Assembly (NCBI RefSeq): GCF_964355755.1
Contig: NC_092678.1
Span: 20,849,365-20,913,364, forward strand
DNA length: 64,000 nt
DNA from: Antedon mediterranea
Taxonomy: Eukaryota; Animalia; Echinodermata
Direction of reading: 5' to 3'
Shown here: positions 36,701 to 49,068 of the stretch, one piece after another
How the letters are laid out: every line of letters begins with the position of its first letter
Position numbering within the stretch: position 1 is the stretch's first letter
Position numbers and translations under genes: made by a program
Notes under the pieces: generated by a model
Database searches by the model: none
What the model was told of the DNA's origin: nothing
The model's input: only the letters and a program-made list of their open reading frames with translations

Positions 36701-39700
36701 TGAGTTTTTAAGTGATAGAGAAAAAAGGCATTTGATGATAAATATTGTTGATGTAGAACGTTCAACAAAGAGGTGATGTCTATACAAATAATATGTCTAT
36801 ATAAGATACAATAATATGACTACATTTATTATGAAAGCAGATTTGTATTAAACACTATTGATCTAGATACAATGCCATTGAGTTGGTGACATGGGTTATA
36901 CTGTATCTATAATAACACTAATCCAAAAGGTGTTATTATATCTCCTTCTAAACCGCATGACCAAAAATTAACAACGTTTTTACGATGAGGCACTGGCTTT
37001 TCATTCCCCTCCATGTGTAATGATGACATTTGTTTACCTAGCAGTAGGACTGTAGACCTATTTAAATAAGCTTCGTTAGGACTGGTGATATAAGCCTATA
37101 ATGTAAAAGATTGGTTAACTTACTTCTCTTCATCTTGGCGGAACAGGTGCTAATCTCCACTTTATAATGTAAACATATTTACATTATTATTACTATTGTA
37201 TAAAGCCTCGTGTTAGGCAATAGTGAATTGTTATTCAATCTTTGTTTTTGGCAGACTGTACGATTCGTTCAAATCATGTCGGTGCCGGATTGATGTATGC
37301 AAATTAATAACCGACATCCTTGATTATGATTATCTTCAGCCAATGATGAACTTTGCGGTATATTCTCATATCCAATTGAACATGATTGAATCAATTAGGT
37401 AATTTCTTTATAAATGTATTGGTTTTAATATAATTTTATCACATGCTTGGTAGGCCTACTGTATACACGTACGGCGTTTGCTATGTTTAAGTCATGTAAT
37501 TGAATTTTGCAAGAACAAACGTGTTAAAAATAAAATGTATTAATGTATTAATATGGTAACATAATTCCGTAAGTTTAGACATGTTATGTTCTATAGTATG
37601 GCCTATGGCAATTGCTTTGACATAGGAATTGATTGTTAAAGACCTAACTTATGCCTACCACTGACCCTACTTTCAACTGTACTGCTTTTGTGGATTCACC
37701 TTATTATACTGTTGTCTGGTTTGTGAGCAGTTTAACTACAAAAAATACAATATCAATATAGCATAAAATGGCACTGCTATAGAGAACATTTCTGAATATG
37801 TGGATGATTTACTTATACCATATTTGACTGATCTCCTTTTATACATTCAGGACTCCGCCACGGACTTTATCCGCAAAATTAACCAAATTCAAAATGTACC
37901 TAATAATTCTGTCCTGGCTATATTAGATGTTTCATCGTTGTATACTAATATCCCGCCACATGTATTTTAAATTACAAACCATTCCAGGCAAAACGCCTAC
38001 TAAAGCTCATTTACGAGAACTGGTCATGTTGATTTTAACCAACAACAATTTTATTTTTGGAAATGATCATTACCTTTAAATTCATGGTACAGCGATGGGC
38101 ACAAAAATGGCGCTGTCTTTTGAAAATTTATTTATGGGAAAAATTTGAGGCCAATTTTCTGTCCCTCCAACCTAATAAACCACTTGTTTGGTTTAGATAC
38201 ATTGACGACATCTTCATGATCTGGACCCATGGTGAAGATAATTTGGAATCTTTTCTTCTCAATATTAATTCAGCCCACCCAACTATCAAATTTACAGCTA
38301 CCAAATCCAGTAGTAGCGTAGTATTTTTTGGACACTATAGTGACCATAGAAAATGGTACACTCAAAACTGACCTATTCCGTAAACCCATGGATTAAAATA
38401 TGTACCTTCTCCCTAGCTTGTCATCCCCGACACTGTACTAAAAACGGGTGTCACGAAACCTAAGACCACGAAAGCTAAGACCCCCTAAAACCTAAGATCA
38501 CGAAAGCTAAGACCCAAGACCTAAGATTACAAATTCTAAGATATACTACAGCTTAAAAACAATACTTGTTTATCCATACATAATTTTAAACACAGTAGGT
38601 TTCATTTATTACCATAAATATAATTTAATAGGCCTACTACCGCAAAACATAGATAAACTCACATTATTTTCGCCCGTTGAGTAAATATATATTTTTTCTT
38701 TACAACAAACAAACTTGACGGGTTGTTTGTTGGTATATATTTACTCCAATGTGTTGGTTCAGAGGATGTTTTTCTTACGCACCTGCCTTTCTTGTATTTT
38801 GACTCCAAATTTGTTGACTAACTTTATCCTGAATACCACACTTTAAAATTAGGACTTATAAGTACTTTCAGAAGGAGAAACACATAATAACAAATAAATA
38901 AATCCTTTAAATTTATGATTTTACAGACGTTTCTTTGTGTACTGTAATGTAACTCCGCTCCCCATGCTCAATGTTTTTGTTTCTATGGAGCGCCAAAAGA
39001 GCAACAATAATAGTACAAGTATAAAAACAGAAAGAAAACGAAACAAAAAAACTTATCATGATTTTTTAGTTAAAATTTATTTGCCAGTATTTATTTCTTC
39101 GTACTTGCATGATTATACTATTATCATTACAATTTTAATTTTACATTATGTGAATTATAAATTAGCTATTCAAATGATAATAATATGTATAAATCCATTG
39201 TTTAATACCTACCACAAATAATTGCCGATTATTGTATACATCAAGTTCATGTTTATTAGGTCAAAGGTCAATAACTTTACTTCCGGTCATTTTATAATTA
39301 TAAATTATTATTATTATTATATTATTATTAATAATTATTGTTGCATTACAATAAATATAAATATGTATGGTCTCAGCAATTTGAGACCATTTTTAAATTT
39401 CAATGACCAACCGTTTTTTAGATACAATGCAAGTCAAGGTCAAAGGTGAATAGTGCAGAAAAATAGCATTTCCTATTACATTTCGTCAAAATGTTCCATT
39501 ACAATGAATATAAATATATACGCTCCGAGTATTTTGATACCAATATCTTGTTGATAGACCAAAGGGATACGGAGATAGGACCAATTAATCGTGGGGTTGT
39601 TACCATGGTTACGGGATCGTGAAAATTGGTTACCTAGCATTTTGGTATCCTACCACCATATTAAAGAAGTGAAATCTCACTTTGGGCATTAAAATCCTAC

Positions 39701-42700
39701 GGAAATACACGAAGACCCTGACTATAAAATGCATACATTATATACGTTTTTAATGGCGGCCATCTTGGAATTCAATATGGCTGCCATATGCTATTATTAT
39801 AAATTGTACCATTGGACTGATTTATCATAATATGTAAGATTTATCACACAAATTACGTTCGTACGTTGTTTAAAATAGGAGCTACTATCAGTTTTGAGTA
39901 AAAAATGGGGGCCATTTTGAAATCCAAGATGGCGGCCAAAATAGGGTCTGAAAAAATTGGCCCCCAGTTGCAATGAATTCTGCTGGTCCCAAGGATTCCA
40001 AAAACTGCCAAGAACTCAACTTGAGCATTAAAATCTCACGGAACTGATTTTTGGAACATTTATACTAACAAATATCTTTTTATTAATATAATAATAATAA
40101 TATATCAAAAATTTATTAAATAATATTTATCGCATAATATGCAATCTACGATAATTTAATTAATTGATATAACAAATTTATTAAATACATAACATCATTT
40201 GAATAAAAAGAACAAAACCGTTCTATGGCCACCACCAGGTAGGCTTACTTCATCAAAGCTTCTATGAATGGATGTACTGGTTGGGAGCAGAAAAACTAGT
40301 AGACCATACCCAGTACCGTTTTGATTACGATCAATCGGGAAATTACCTAACGACGTTATATATGTTCTTCAGATTTAGATTTTCAGAATCGTACACCGAA
40401 GAACTAACCGGACATCTCCGGAACAGAAATTACAAGAAGGAATACATCGAAACTACTATAAAGAAAGCAAGAGATATTCCTCGATGTCAAACACTGACGT
40501 ACAAACCACGTCAGCCAAATTCGACCAGAATGCCATTGGTCACAACCTATTACCCGAGGTTGCCTCCATTACGGGCTATTATTGAGAAACATATGCCCAT
40601 TCTACAGTTCATAGAACGTCTCGGGACTGTTTTTCCGGAACCACCCATTATTGCAATTCGTAGACCCCCAACCTTCGTGATATATTAGTCAGATCCAAAT
40701 TTAAGAGTGAAATTAACTCTCATGGCAGCCAACATTTGGGAGTCACCTTTGCGGCAAATCTTGCAAAACTTGTTCATTGGTTGATTCTACTAAAAAATTT
40801 AAGAGTAACCAAACTGGCCGCATTTTTTGGATAAGACAATCAATTAATTGTCTAACCAAAAACGTCATTTATCTCATATACTGTAATATTTGTGGGAAAC
40901 ATTACGTCGAGGAAACAAAAAACACTCTCCGTATGAGAATGACACAACACAGATCAGCTATCAAAACATTAACGCTTGATCAACCTGTAGCCGAACATTT
41001 TAATTCAGCTGGTCACCATGATGTAAAATGGAGCGACAAAACTCGCAAAGACAAAGAAAATCACTGGGAATTACAACTTAAAACCACAAAACCTTTTGGA
41101 CTTAACATTAGGAACATACTCCCAGATCGGTAAAATTATTCCATTGACTACCAACATTTAAGTTTCGATATTAACCACCATTTAAGCTGTTTTTTAGTTT
41201 CATTCCAAAATTGTTTATATCTCTACCAAGCTACCTTCTTTGTTTTCTACTCTTATTCAGACTCCACCCTGTCTCCTTTTGTTGTATTTCTTTCATTCCT
41301 GTCTATCCAGGCAGCACTTGCCAGTTCTTATACTATGAAGTTATCCAAATTCATTCACCTTCAAAATCATAAAAGTATATAATATTTCATTCAAGTATGG
41401 TTGTCTGTAACGGCATGCATCAGTGCGTGTCATCACGTAATTTTGAACTAACTCTTCTCTATTAGTCGTCATGTTTTCTTATTACAGACATTGCATCGAT
41501 AGCGCAGGAAGCTTCATACATCAAGAGGATGAAGACAGCACACAACATACTTTGACATTTACAGATATCCAAACCATTCTTATGAAACAAGCTAATTGGC
41601 TGAAAAAACTTCAGAGCATAGTACAAGTAATTCGAATGCTAAATATCTGAAAAACAGCATTGCCTGACGCCTAATTATCTGATAATTGTCCTTCATTTTA
41701 TTTAAATTTCTAAACTGGTTTAGCATTATTAATCTTATTAATATATAGTTGTTATCACCGGCGCAGATCCTAGGGGACCCCTACACCCCCATATTTTTTA
41801 ATAGGGGATTTTCAACAGCAAAATTATTAAATTGTTGAAATGAAATAGAAAGACTTCTATGACACGCGTATCGTATGTGATTTTAGGAAGTTTCTATGAA
41901 GAATAGATTTTGCGTGAGTATAAGCAGTGGCGCATAATCAGGAAGTGCGTAACCCAAAATAATTGTATTCTTGCGGACGGAATTTTTATCTACTCAGAAA
42001 TTGATTGAAACGACTTATAAATTACTGCTTCCATGGGACTTCGCTCGCAAAGTATTTCCTTTTTATACGTCACCACCCCATAACTATTAAAAACGAATCT
42101 GCACCGTTAGTTGTTATTGAATATTATTAACATTATGATTTTGTAAATCATTTTAGAGTATCCATGGCGCTCTAGTTGCTGAGCCGACGACCATAGAGGG
42201 AGAATCGATCATTCAAGACTGTGAACAATGGCGTTACAAACTGAAGCAAATTGTTGATATTTGCAATGAACATGAACATCGAATAAATAAAAACATGGAA
42301 GATCACAGTACATCTTTGATACACAAGCTGACATTTTCGCCAGACGAAAAGAATAACAAAACAGTCCAAGTATTTTGTTTATATTAAATTTAAATTCTTT
42401 ATTTCTATTTTATTGAATTAGATTACAGACACAAATATAGCAGTGTTGTTTATTATCTTTCTATTTTGGTAATTATCTACATATTTTTAATCCCCAAAAC
42501 CTAAGTTCAAAAGAATGGTGTGTGGAGAAAGTTGGGTTAAAAAGAGAGGCCCCGTTACCGTTTTAGAGGACTCAGTGCGAGGAAAGAAACAAACAACAGA
42601 GAAAAAGGAATACACAATGATTGCTTTTGTTACCACCGTTCTAATTGTACAACCGAAAGGGTAAGATTATTTGCGTACGGCCACTTAAACAAGTTTTTGA

Positions 42701-45382
42701 TTCTCCTTTTAAGAAAACCAATTTTAATTATTGTTATGTAATCTGAGGTATCTTTCATAAAAAGCTTCCAGATTTCCTGAGACCCCCATTTCGCATTATT
42801 TATATATAATTTGTTTTCACATTATGATTCGATGAATAAACGTATTTATTTTTGTATTTGTACAAAAAATAATATTGCAATTATTTTGTTTAATGTTGTT
42901 TTCTCAGAAACTATTACAAGATGATAGATTGTATTCACAAGAAAGATATAAGATTTCATGGAGGTTACAATGTTGAAAACAACTTCAGAATAGAGGGAGA
43001 GCACACAACCGGAGAAAGAGTTGTATTGACCAAATTGGATCCTATTCGAAGGAATTCTGTTCAAAACTATGTACTTTATTTTGAAGACAGGTAAAGCATT
43101 TATTGTGTCATGTTTAAAAAAAAACACTGTAGAAATATAAACATGTCACTTCTCCCTCATAATCAGACATTGTTTAATAATGCAAGCTTCGTAACTTCTT
43201 AAATATGGAGGCATTCTCAATGATACAGTTCATATTAATTTTTGACTGCTCTACCATGTTGATTGTCAATTGGATCTTCCATACGTTTTTAACCGTTATT
43301 ACAGATCTGAAATTCCTGAATGGTCTACAGTATTGAAGTTTTCAGAAGAAGAAGATTTAGCACAGGAAATGGAATATTATAGTAAGCTTTAGCCTACATT
43401 TTAAATTAATAGAATGTAAAATGTTTCATGTAAAGAAAGAAGAAGGAGGTAAAAGTGGTACGGTATAATATAGCTCAAAAGATTAACAATGATATGATTT
43501 ATTGTCAATACAGATAGTGAATGTTAAAGATTTTGTTTACATAGTTTAATATTTTTATTTACTTTTTTAGATCCGTCTAACACAATATGTATAATTCTAA
43601 TTCTTAGGTACAACTTTGGAGATACTGGATAAAACAAAGGAACATTCTCCGTCTGAATGTCAACTGAATCATAGAATAGGTACTGTTGGCATAGCATATT
43701 GAATATTCCTTTTGTAATATGTAGTGATTATGTGTCACATTGTCTTCTAATATTTACTGTAGGCCTACTATTATTTAGTTAGTGTGTGTATTATTTTCTG
43801 TTGCTCAAAAAATGTTTTTTTTTTTTATAGAAAAGAAAGATCTTGAAGTGGAAGTTAGTATTTCATTTTTTTTTTCTGGTTAATGAAGTTCTTATAATAA
43901 GACTTAATAACTAACTTAAGAGAAAATGTTCTTCCCTCAATAGAAACAAAATATAAATTACATACCGTCTGAATAAATATTCTTTTGTGAATTCTTAATT
44001 TGAAAAATATATATTTTTAAGTACTAATAATATTGATTACGGAATGATAAATGCTAATGTAGTCTGTAAACGAGTTTACCAGATTTATTCTGCATGCTTT
44101 TATTTAAAATCTTTTTTTAGTTTCTTGAGTTTTTAACTTCAGCAAAAATTATCTTTAAAAAAAATACGTTTATTATCCATACAGTAGAAAACGTGTACCA
44201 TTGCGGACAACATTTTAATTGTACCATTGTGCATTTGTGGTTGATTATGTAGTTCATATACTTCTTCAATACATACAAATGCTATAATACAACATGTGCT
44301 TTTATTTATGTTCTTTTTCTTTTTTTTTTACAAAGAAATTATTAGGTATTGCTGATCTGAACAAGGCGACCATTAAAAGTCTTTCAAAACTTCATGAATT
44401 ATATATCATGAAGTTCTGCAGTCAAATTATTGAAGAAGGAGTAAAGTATCATATTTTCCGTAATATAATGGAAGTCAAAGACATGATTGAAAGGTATTAA
44501 TTCGATAATGAATAATAAAGAAGATTTATAAAGACAAGTTTATTACTTTGGTATTCACAAATATTTCATATCATTAACAATTATACCGAATTTAATTTAA
44601 ATTTCATTTTGCGTTTATGATCAAATTTAAAAATACCTCTATGAATCGAATCTTTTCACTCATATATTGTGATAAGATATGTAATTGACGCAACTCAATG
44701 CTACAAAATAACGTTATCTTCTCTTAAAGTTTTGACAGTGTGTTAGAAGGTAATCGTCTAGACAGTTTCGCATACTTTACTGAACTAAATAAACGATTGA
44801 AGGAAGGTTCGTTTAAGCCAATTGTTGAATATCAAGCCAACTTGCCTTTTCAACGGAATATGCTTCAATTCCAAAGGTACAGTATAGTGTAATAGACTTT
44901 AGTGATGAAAGCTTACGTAAACATAGGCTATTTTACGATTAGGGTACGGTGCGTTAAAGAAACCCATTTTGTTATCACTCCTAAAGATTTCTATAAACAC
45001 ACAAAACAATGCTTCCTTACTGATATTTTATTTTGTTATAGTGATTAGTAAATGATTTTCTAGTTTGTTTTTTGTATTGATTTCTATTTTGAGATGCTTG
45101 TACTTTGATTTACATGTTTCTTTTATCTCGTGTTTATGTAAGGGCTTCTTGAATGTCAACATTTGCCGTTTTTCTTTAATAAACAAAAAACAAGTTTTTA
45201 AAAAAATATTTACTTTTAATCAGAGAACATAATAGAGCACTTATACAAGTGCTTGGAAATTTTGAGCGAAATGTCAAAACAAAAAGCCGTATTTCTGAGA
45301 TGGACTTGCAGTTACGGATTTCGAAACCTCAGGAATGGCTAACGTCTCTTTATAGAAAGTCTAAGGTAACATTTATTTAATA

Positions 45383-45436
<54 letters not shown>

Positions 45437-48400
45437 ACAAGAGGCAAAGAACATTAATTCTAAACCGCCCTGTGATATACTGAAATTTAATTAATTAATT
45501 TGAAACGATAAAGATGAGGTAGCATTTATTTATATATATATATATAAACACATTAGGCAATGAACATTAATTCGAAAACGGCTAGGGTTATAGTCAGTCA
45601 GAGGTGGAGCAGCTAATGTATAACTTTATAATGATGTTGTAGCTTGAAATACCAGAACAAATCATCATCTTTTCAATATTAAAGAAACATGATATTATCA
45701 TATTATAGTAGCGTCACTAGCTGCTGATTCGATTTATTGTTCCTGCACTATCCATTTGTATGTTATTGATTTAATTGATTGATTTGTCCAGGCTCTAAAC
45801 AAAGCATTTAAAGGTCCAACCGACCAGCCTAACCATCGGTTGCAAATACATACAATTCATATGCTAGAGAAACTTATTCAAGAAGAACAAGAACTCACGA
45901 AAAGTGTAGAAAAAGACTTACACATGACGTCAGTGCTGCTCAACTTACCAACTGAACTGGTATCAAAAGATCGTCAATTATTATACGTAAGTTAAAGTTT
46001 GTTCGGTTGATTCTTTTTTTATATTTACCAATTTAAAGTTACTTGATTTACATATTATAATTATGTATGTCTCAACATATTTAGGATGTCGCCCAAAATA
46101 CACGGGTAGGTCCGTCAGTATATAATGTTATAGTGTATTGAATAGCTTGAAATAGGCCTACCCGAAAACTGCCTCTTTTCCATATTAAAGAAACACTAAA
46201 TTACTTTTAACTGTTAATATTTTAATATTATTTTATTTGATTTTAATTGGTTGCTAGTTTGTGCATAATAATGTTGATGCCTTTCTCTCTGTAAAAAAAG
46301 TTACGCACTTAGCTACCATTATTTTTAGTCGCGTGCAACGCTACTCTACAGCTCACTATGTCGGTCGGTTGGTCGGTAGGTAAACACTAACTTGAGCACG
46401 CGACTGCCGCTATGTATATGGCCTTGTTTTTTATGAGGGGCATTTGACAATCCTACTCCTACTTAAGCTAGGTAAATGACGTACAAGAAGACGGATACAA
46501 AGCTTCTTATGTTACTATTCTCTTTCTAAACTATAGAAACTATCACAAATAAAAGATGATTGGTTAAAAAAGCACGGTTGTTTTATGTTATATACCAAGA
46601 GAAAGACTGACGACGGAAACCCACTGAAGAATATTAGAAAGAAATATTCACAAAAAGAGATTCATATTTACGCTTCAGCCTCAGTCATTATTTTGACATC
46701 GTAAGTAACAATATTTTTATTTAAACTTATAATTTTTTTTAAATAAAATTGATTGTAAAGATTTCGTTTTAAAACTAAACGCTTTGACCTATAAACTTAC
46801 ATACACTTTGTCATTAAAGTTTTGGACTAACAATGGTAGTTTAATTTAAAATCTGTCTTGTCTACACCATTCAAATTAAATCAATTAAAAGTTGATTGTT
46901 TCAGGAAACAATTTTGTAATTGCTATGATCGAAATTATACTGATATTGAAGTTGTTGACGCAAGAAACAGAAAAAGTTGGATGCCTGAAAAAGGTTTTTT
47001 GTTTAAGTTGTGGATATATAAGAAAGTAGGCCTCGTAGACGATTATCAGCCAGTGGAATACCTTCTTGGATTTACCTCAGGGAGTGACCAAATTGAGTAA
47101 GTGTCAGAACCTTTTATTGACGCGCCACACGCAGCTTTCGAGTAGGAAAATGCGCATGTTTAGAAACATAATGCAAAACATTTACAAATCAAAGTGCGAG
47201 AAAAAATTATGAGATCTTAAGCAATCTGTACTTGTGTGTTTGTTAAGTTTTTTTGTAATAACGACTTCATTTACTGTATGTTTAGGAAAGATTTCAAAGA
47301 ATGGAAAGCAGCACTCGTCGTGGCTACTGGTGAATCTGGAAAATATGATGATTATAGTAGGCAATTATTTTTTTTGAATTTATATATTAAAATAAAATGT
47401 CTCATAATATACATTAAAGATGTATTGTCCCTTTGACTAATTCCAAAAAAATAAAAAATAATAGATTTCGAAAAAAGGTGGGTCATTTTGAAGTATCATA
47501 ATAGTTATTAACTATCACCAAAAATTTTTCGAAAAAAAAAAAATTTAACTGAAATACAGACGTTTTTTTGGTAAAAAAATAACTTTGACTTCCAGTCAAA
47601 GTTTTCAATCAAAACATATCCCATAATGAAACGCGCTTGTTTGGCTACTCTGTATGCATAATCATAAAACTTCCTCATGATCTGTGTGAAAATACCTTCT
47701 TAACCGTGACGAGTTGTAAACAATCCTAATTTAGCAATATATGCATAATGCGTACTCATGGTTTGAAATCTTTGTTTACTTTCGCTCGTGACGATTTTCC
47801 AGATGAAATGTAATCAAACTAATTTACCTGTTAATTATGTAAACTTGTTGTTTTTGGCTCAAATTTTCGACTTAAAGTGAATAACTTTAATATTACTTTG
47901 ATATGGCCACTTTAAATTTAGAATATTTTGACCTTCATTTTTTTGTGTTTCAAGGGACAATACATCTTTAAAGAGTACTATTATGAGTAACCAATTTCGA
48001 GATGAAAAAAGGTATATCAATTTTTTTTATTTTTAGTAGGCCTATAAGCATAATCCTATGTTAATAATACTACTGTATATTTTTCTATCAAACGGTAAAA
48101 CAAGTAGTGTGTCACAAATTGATCTTTAAATGGGCGAAGACGTTTTACTTTTATATTAGGCTATGAATATTATACTGTTAAGCAATTACTTAATCAGAAG
48201 GTTTTTATTTATAGGTCGACCAATACACATTGTAACAACGGTTTTTGTCACTAACAAAGACGACGAACTTCAACTGGATGTGAATGACTTTGTGGAACTT
48301 CTTGAAAATCGACAAGTCAAGAATGAAAGTAAATATTTGACTGGAACTTGTATTCTTGCATTCTATCGAGGAATGTTTATTAATGTCTAATTTGGAGAAG

Positions 48401-49068
48401 ACAACAAAAACATGCCTACATAGAGTGATTTACAAATGAATGATTTACATTAAGTGAACTTGAATTCATGATTTACATAATTCCTGTTATATTTTTATTT
48501 AGTTTGGGTAAGAGGTATACGTCAACGTGACGGAATGTCTGGGTGGTTTCCAAGCACAATTTTAGGATCACAACGGGATGAACAATATAGCTATGGCCAG
48601 AAAATAAAACTTCGGTGTAAAAAAGAAAGAGAAAATGAATATGAAGACGACAAATCAAGCTATAAGTAAACATTTTTTTTTGTATCTCAAAGATGTTATT
48701 TTATTGAATATGTATTCGTATCTTGTTCATTGTAAATAATTATTAATTTATTTTTTTATTTTAGCAACGATGCCATCCAAGTTAGAAAGAAAGACCGTGA
48801 CACAACTACTAGAAACCCCAGGAAATCGTCTAAAGATAAATCAAAACGATTATCATTTTATTTTAGGCCTATCAGTAGGCTTCTGATGAATCAGAATGCA
48901 TGTATTGCACCTAAGGACACAGACTTGTATCAAGAAATACGTGTTGGTAATGTGGAAACATCTTGCAGCGTATTAGACCGAACCTCCCACTATGACTACA
49001 TTTGTTCTGACATTGAGTTTGATGACGGCGGGTACGTTAAGGTTGCTCCGTATAATAAGAATAATTAG
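33749..49068 (+). CDS. TKL-type (non-RD) protein kinase fused to DH-PH-DH-PH-SH3 (ephexin/SGEF-like, degenerate), ~1406 aa
   Basis: 24 phase-compatible GT-AG exons totalling 4221 nt: 33749-34616, 34757-35146, 35474-35516, 36135-36199, 36377-36414, 36612-36772, 37255-37398, 41488-41626, 42157-42369, 42506-42660, 42908-43090, 43305-43381, 43608-43679, 43831-43853, 44336-44493, 44730-44876, 45224-45365, 45792-45986, 46537-46700, 46905-47096, 47286-47356, 48215-48328, 48503-48665, 48765-49068. Kinase motifs: GRGSTS, VAVK, HKDIKSLN, DFG, APE. DH-like: EKRHLMINIVDV, IVDICNE, YHIFRNIMEV. PH-like: WVKKRG, WLKKHG, VEYLLG, EWKAAL. SH3: DELQL...WVRGIRQRDGMSGWFP. Confidence 0.8.
35721..36074 (+). mobile_element. 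tRNA-derived SINE, copy 3
   Basis: A box TGGCCGAGCGG, B box GGTTCGAGGC, shared body (gtccagtgtacacat, ctttcgagacgagtagggg), (TAAA)n tail. Confidence 0.85.
37740..41133 (+). mobile_element. Decayed Penelope-like retroelement (RT + GIY-YIG endonuclease), split by an ~2 kb insertion
   Basis: RT remnants LDVSSLYTNIP, GTAMGTKMA, WFRYIDDIFMIW, HPTIKFT (~37740-38443). It resumes at ~40390 with MPLVTTYYP and the GIY-YIG region CLTKNVIYLIYCNICGKHYVEETKN...RMTQHR..VAEHFN. Frameshifts and stops are present. Confidence 0.85.
38444..40390. mobile_element. Composite insertion inside the Penelope-like element (DNA-transposon-like remnants)
   Basis: Begins with cgggtgtcacgaaa followed by repeated (c/g)ctaagacc subterminal units (38444-38542); ~39750-39940 carries ggcggccatcttg / caagatggcggcc hairpin motifs. 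Confidence 0.5.
45387..45432. repeat. (TA)n microsatellite
   Basis: Uninterrupted AT dinucleotide run. Confidence 0.95.
47418..47967. mobile_element. Non-autonomous DNA transposon with TTAA target-site duplication
   Basis: TTAA|agatgtattgtccctt ... aagggacaatacatct|TTAA; a similar right end lies at ~59866-59883. Confidence 0.8.

Noticed and set aside
41134-41480. Hammerhead expected downstream of the Penelope GIY-YIG region
   Set aside because: No CUGAUGA...GAAA core could be found there
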